Positions 60,226-64,000 of a DNA stretch of 64,000 nucleotides are shown here, one piece after another (positions within the stretch are counted from its first letter, which is position 1; the number at the start of each line of letters is the position of its first letter). Source of the DNA: Opitutales bacterium. Lineage in GTDB: Bacteria; Verrucomicrobiota; Verrucomicrobiia; Opitutales; JABSRG01. The position numbers were made by a program, and so were the translations under genes. The DNA lies in contig JBMYOQ010000001.1 in the NCBI GenBank assembly GCA_049599475.1, positions 64,001-128,000 of the forward strand. Direction: 5' to 3'. The notes below the pieces were generated by a model. That model saw only the letters and a program-made list of their open reading frames with translations, was not told the DNA's origin and did not search any database.

Positions 60226-60369
60226 GGACTGTTTTCAAATGGATGCCGCTCGCCGTAAAATGGATTCCCATTAGCTCCGTATTTATGAGCAGACAGCCCC
60301 TGAAAAAAGAATTGAGACTTTTTTCGTGTGATAGGGAACATTACCCGCACTGCCTCCTCACAGCTCTTA

Positions 60370-60894
60370 ATGAAAACAACCCCGATAATACTATCTTGTT
60401 TAGTCGCGGTATTGGCATTGGCCGGAACCGCTTACGGGAATACAGGCGATGAGTCTGTGGATCGTTCCGTTTCTATCGAGTATGTGAACCCCGAAGAATT
60501 CACGGATTTGGAATCATCTTTTTCGCGGGATTCAAAAACGCGTCGAGCATTCGCGCTTGCTATCGAGGAAGAGTTGGAGCGTCGCTTGCGCGCCTCCTTT
60601 GGCGAGGATGCGCGTTTGTCCCTCGTTATTTCGGAAGTGGATCTCGCAGGCCGAATTGATCCGGCTAGTTTCAACGAAATCCGCGTGTTGAAGTCGGTCT
60701 GGCCCCCAAAAATGGAATTTACTTACAAATTAACTTCTGCGGATGGGGAGATTCTCAAAGAGGGTGAGGAGCGACTGGTCGATCTCGGATACCTCGGGTT
60801 TGCTAGGCATCGATCGAAGCATGAGCGCTTTCGCTATGAGCGTGAGATGGTGAAGGACTGGTTGCGCGGTCTGGCACGAGAACTCGCGAGTTGA
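60370..60894 (+). CDS. DUF3016-like exported protein
   Basis: Signal peptide; PEEFTD, VDLAG, IRVLK.VWPP.M.F.Y.L, GEERLVD, YE..M..DW. Confidence 0.8.
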   Translation: MKTTPIILSCLVAVLALAGTAYGNTGDESVDRSVSIEYVNPEEFTDLESSFSRDSKTRRAFALAIEEELERRLRASFGEDARLSLVISEVDLAGRIDPASFNEIRVLKSVWPPKMEFTYKLTSADGEILKEGEERLVDLGYLGFARHRSKHERFRYEREMVKDWLRGLARELAS

Positions 60895-61113
60895 GGAGAT
60901 CTTCAGATCTGCTGATCAGTAAACGAAAGACCGACTTAGCCTTCACGATGTATTACTCCTGCACTTAAGCCTGGCTGCTAATGGTAATTTTCAGAGCAAA
61001 TACGTAGATCGCCGTATGTAGTATTATTCTCGATTGCCGTATTTTGTATGGAAATTCGCCTTTTTTCTAGGGGCTGCCCAAACAAATACTCATAAGTCTA
61101 CCGCTATTTCAAA

Positions 61114-61677
61114 ATGCTCTGGAACTCAACAACCGCCGCCTTTGGCTTGATTCTTACCCTCGTTGGATCGGCTGTCGGTAAAACTTTCAACGCTCAGGAA
61201 GTTGTCGTCATCGAATTTGAAGATGCCGAAAAATTTGCTGATTTCGAACGGTCGGGTGAAATATCGACTGAAGAATTGTTTAGTCAGGCCATTTCTGAAT
61301 CCCTTCAGGGTCGTTTGACTGCTACGCCTAACAAGCAGGTCTACCTAAAACTCGTTTTTAAGGATATCGATTTGGCAGGGCGTCCCCAAGCTATCAATGG
61401 GGTGCAACTGCGAGGGCTCAAATCATCGTCTCCGGCAAAGATGCTGTTTGCATACAAATTGGAGAACGCCGAAGGGTCGGTAATTCTTGAAGGAGAACAA
61501 CGTCTCGTCGACTCGAGTTTCCTTTCGTTTGGACCGAAAAGAACGGTAGAAGGTGCCTTTCCGCGCGAGCAAACGATGCTGCTAGATTGGTTTGACCGCC
61601 TAGATACGCAAATTATCGAGGCAGAGACGATGACCGCTAAGTCTTCGAAGTCTGAGTGCGAGAGCAACGCTTCGTAG
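61114..61677 (+). CDS. DUF3016-like exported protein (tandem paralogue)
   Basis: AEKFAD, DIDLAG, PAKMLFAYKL, GEQRLVD, E..ML.DW. Confidence 0.75.
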   Translation: MLWNSTTAAFGLILTLVGSAVGKTFNAQEVVVIEFEDAEKFADFERSGEISTEELFSQAISESLQGRLTATPNKQVYLKLVFKDIDLAGRPQAINGVQLRGLKSSSPAKMLFAYKLENAEGSVILEGEQRLVDSSFLSFGPKRTVEGAFPREQTMLLDWFDRLDTQIIEAETMTAKSSKSECESNAS

Positions 61678-61748
61678 TTTCGTTGAATTGGAGCTTTGAA
61701 AAGCTGATTTGAATTCCTTCCAGAGCGCCTCAGTGGCAGCTGATCTTT

Positions 61749-61787
61749 AACCCGCATAGTTCTTGCACAATGCGGGTTTCTTGTTTT
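61749..61787 (+). terminator. Probable intrinsic terminator
   Basis: Stem AACCCGCAT/ATGCGGGTT followed by TCTTGTTTT. Confidence 0.6.
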
Positions 61788-61924
61788 CGGGATTTGGGTA
61801 TGTTTCGGGAGCTAGAAGGGATTCGAAGGTGACGGTGCCTTCGTTTTTTCTTTTGACCCTGGAGCTCAAGGGACCTTTATTCCTCCGGCTTACGCCGTTT
61901 AACCACCAGAATATTTACTAGATT

Positions 61925-62869
61925 ATGCCTTTTGGATTGATGTTCTCCGGGCAGGGCGCCCAGGCAGTTGGAATGGGTCACTCCCTTTACAAAAGCTCAG
62001 CGATCGCTCGTGAGTTGTATGACCACGCAAATGAAGTCCTCGGATTCGATTTGAAGGAAGCTTCCTTTTACGGTCCTGAAGAGACGCTTACAGAAACTCG
62101 CGTGTGTCAGCCCGCGCTCTTTTTGCAAGGCTACGCGACGGTGGAGATTTTGAAGCATCTGGGCAAGGTGGACGCTCCATCAAGCTGCTTGGGCTTGTCC
62201 CTTGGCGAGTTGACAGCCTTGTCTGTAGCCGGCGTTTTTGATTTTGCGACCGGTCTGAAATTGGTCGAGGCACGCGGCCGTTTGATGCAAGAGGCCTGTG
62301 ACAAGACTGCTGGCGGAATGGTCGTCCTGATTGGTGGAAATCGCGAAGGGGCTTTCGAATTGGCGAAAGAAGCAGATCTGGATGTCGCGAATCTCAATTG
62401 CCCAGGACAGATCGTTCTATCGGGAGAAAAAGCAAATATCCCTCATGTCCTTGAGAACGCGAAGGGTAAAGGGTTCAAGATGGCCAAGGAGCTCAACGTC
62501 GCAGGCGCCTACCACAGTCGCTTGATGAAAAGTGCTGCCGAGGCTTACGAAGCGGTTCTCGCTCCAATAGAATTTAAGGCACCTGAGTGCCCTGTTTACA
62601 CGAATACTACAGGCAAACAGATTTCTGACCCGGCCGATATTAAGGCCGCTTTGGTAAAACAAATCACGGATTCCGTTTATTTCGAAGATTGCATGCGCAG
62701 CGCGGTCGCTGACACCGGTTCGGCCCAATTCTTTGAATGTGGCCCTGGTGGTGTATTGGCTGGCTTGGCTAAGCGCACGGATCGCCAAATCGAGGTGCGT
62801 TCGCTCGGTGAATATGTCGATATCACTTCGAAGACGGGCGAAACGCGTGTGCCGCTCAAGAATTCATAG
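61925..62869 (+). CDS. fabD: Malonyl-CoA:ACP transacylase
   Basis: FSGQGAQ, QPAL, GLSLGE, R...MQ, AGAYHS. Confidence 0.95.
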   Translation: MPFGLMFSGQGAQAVGMGHSLYKSSAIARELYDHANEVLGFDLKEASFYGPEETLTETRVCQPALFLQGYATVEILKHLGKVDAPSSCLGLSLGELTALSVAGVFDFATGLKLVEARGRLMQEACDKTAGGMVVLIGGNREGAFELAKEADLDVANLNCPGQIVLSGEKANIPHVLENAKGKGFKMAKELNVAGAYHSRLMKSAAEAYEAVLAPIEFKAPECPVYTNTTGKQISDPADIKAALVKQITDSVYFEDCMRSAVADTGSAQFFECGPGGVLAGLAKRTDRQIEVRSLGEYVDITSKTGETRVPLKNS

Positions 62870-62984
62870 GAATACGACGATTCAAGCCTTTGGGGCGAGG
62901 CCTGCATTAGCCCTTTTAGAAAAAGCGTATTGCAGGGTTTGCCAAATTCGCCTGTCTTGCCCTGTTTTGCTTTAGACCACCTGC

Positions 62985-64000
62985 ATGTCCGATCTCAAAT
63001 ATACTCGTAACTTCTGCATCATTGCTCACGTCGACCATGGTAAGACTACCTTGTCTGACCGCTTGCTTGAGAGCACTGAGACAGTCGTAAAGCGTGAGAT
63101 GAAGGACCAGCTCCTTGATTCGATGGATCTCGAGCGTGAGCGTGGGATTACAATTAAGAGTCACCCCGTCTCGATGATTTACCGAGGTGAGGGGAAAGAG
63201 GAATTCCTGTTTAATCTCATCGATACGCCTGGACACGTCGACTTTGCCTATGAGGTGTCGCGAAGTCTAGCGGCGTGTGAAGGTGCATTGCTTTTGGTTG
63301 ATGCTGCGCAAGGCATTGAAGCTCAGACAGTTGCAAATGCATTTTTGGCGATGGATCAGGGGCTGGAGGTTATCCCTGTTATCAATAAAATTGACCTCCC
63401 GGGCGCCGATGTCGAAGACGCTAAGCGCCAGCTAGAGGATGTGCTAGCGATTCCTGCCGAAGATGCAATTTTGGCCAGCGGTAAGACTGGTATCGGAATC
63501 GAAGATATTTTGAGTGCGGTGGCCACGCGCTTGCCGGGGCCACGCTGGGCCGATATCGAGGGCACACGCGTTCTGATTTTCGACAGTGTATTCGACACCT
63601 ACAAGGGCGTGATTTGCTATGTCCGCGTATTTTCGGGGACTTTGAAGGCCAACCAGAGCATCCTCATGATGAGCGATCAGGTGAAGGCTCAGGTCAAAGA
63701 GGTCGGACAGTTCACTCCCGCGATGCGCTCATGCGATACACTCACTGCGGGAATGGTAGGGTATGTGGTTACAAACATGAAAAATGTCTCGGACATTAAG
63801 ATTGGTGATACGATCACGGCCCCTGATAATCTAGCCGAGGAGATGCTCCCCGGTTATAAGGAAGTCCAGCCCATGGTCTTCAGTGGCATTTACCCGATCG
63901 ATACGTCGGATTACGAAAAGCTCAAAGCATCTATGGGGCGACTCTGCCTGAACGACGCCTCCTTGACTTATGCTTCGGAGAATTCGGTGGCTCTCGGGTT
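62985..64000 (+). CDS. lepA: Elongation factor 4, 3'-truncated by window edge
   Basis: Translated by hand: MSDLKYTRNFCIIAHVDHGKTTLSDRLL, ERERGITIKS, LIDTPGHVDF.YEVSRSLAACEG, NKID. Confidence 0.95.
   Translation, partial: MSDLKYTRNFCIIAHVDHGKTTLSDRLLESTETVVKREMKDQLLDSMDLERERGITIKSHPVSMIYRGEGKEEFLFNLIDTPGHVDFAYEVSRSLAACEGALLLVDAAQGIEAQTVANAFLAMDQGLEVIPVINKIDLPGADVEDAKRQLEDVLAIPAEDAILASGKTGIGIEDILSAVATRLPGPRWADIEGTRVLIFDSVFDTYKGVICYVRVFSGTLKANQSILMMSDQVKAQVKEVGQFTPAMRSCDTLTAGMVGYVVTNMKNVSDIKIGDTITAPDNLAEEMLPGYKEVQPMVFSGIYPIDTSDYEKLKASMGRLCLNDASLTYASENSVALG

Overview
Gene-dense bacterial chromosome segment of moderate GC. Gene content and protein style suggest Verrucomicrobiota (Opitutia); this is an inference, not a database result. 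In order: 3' end of a Ca2+/Na+ antiporter; a LacI-regulated hexuronate cluster (uxaC, SDR, kdgK, Ldh-2-family and D-2-hydroxyacid dehydrogenases); argA, an aspartic protease and phoD; an HDOD gene divergent from a hybrid histidine kinase with a LacI-type ligand-binding input; pseBCGI; surE, MFS, coaD, pgsA/pgpA; a type II secretion cluster downstream of tmk-holB; cutA, glutaredoxin, uvrA; a candidate leader-peptide attenuator ahead of a methyltransferase and a DJ-1/PhzF fusion; ilvA; a tightly coupled operon (exported PIG-L hydrolase, 36-aa membrane peptide, Na+/solute symporter, half-length BshC-like protein, bshB, bshA, exported TlpA) that looks like a bacillithiol system with an envelope arm; a CheW-CheD-HDOD-CheX-REC/STAS-HDOD cluster with no CheA or receptor; an orphan SLOG-4TM protein; two DUF3016-like paralogues; fabD and the 5' part of lepA. 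Intergenic regions carry several REP/MITE-like repeat families. No rRNA, tRNA, CRISPR array or transposase was recognised. Best novelty candidates: the extended bacillithiol operon with mini-BshC, the Met/Trp-rich attenuator, and the SLOG-4TM protein.
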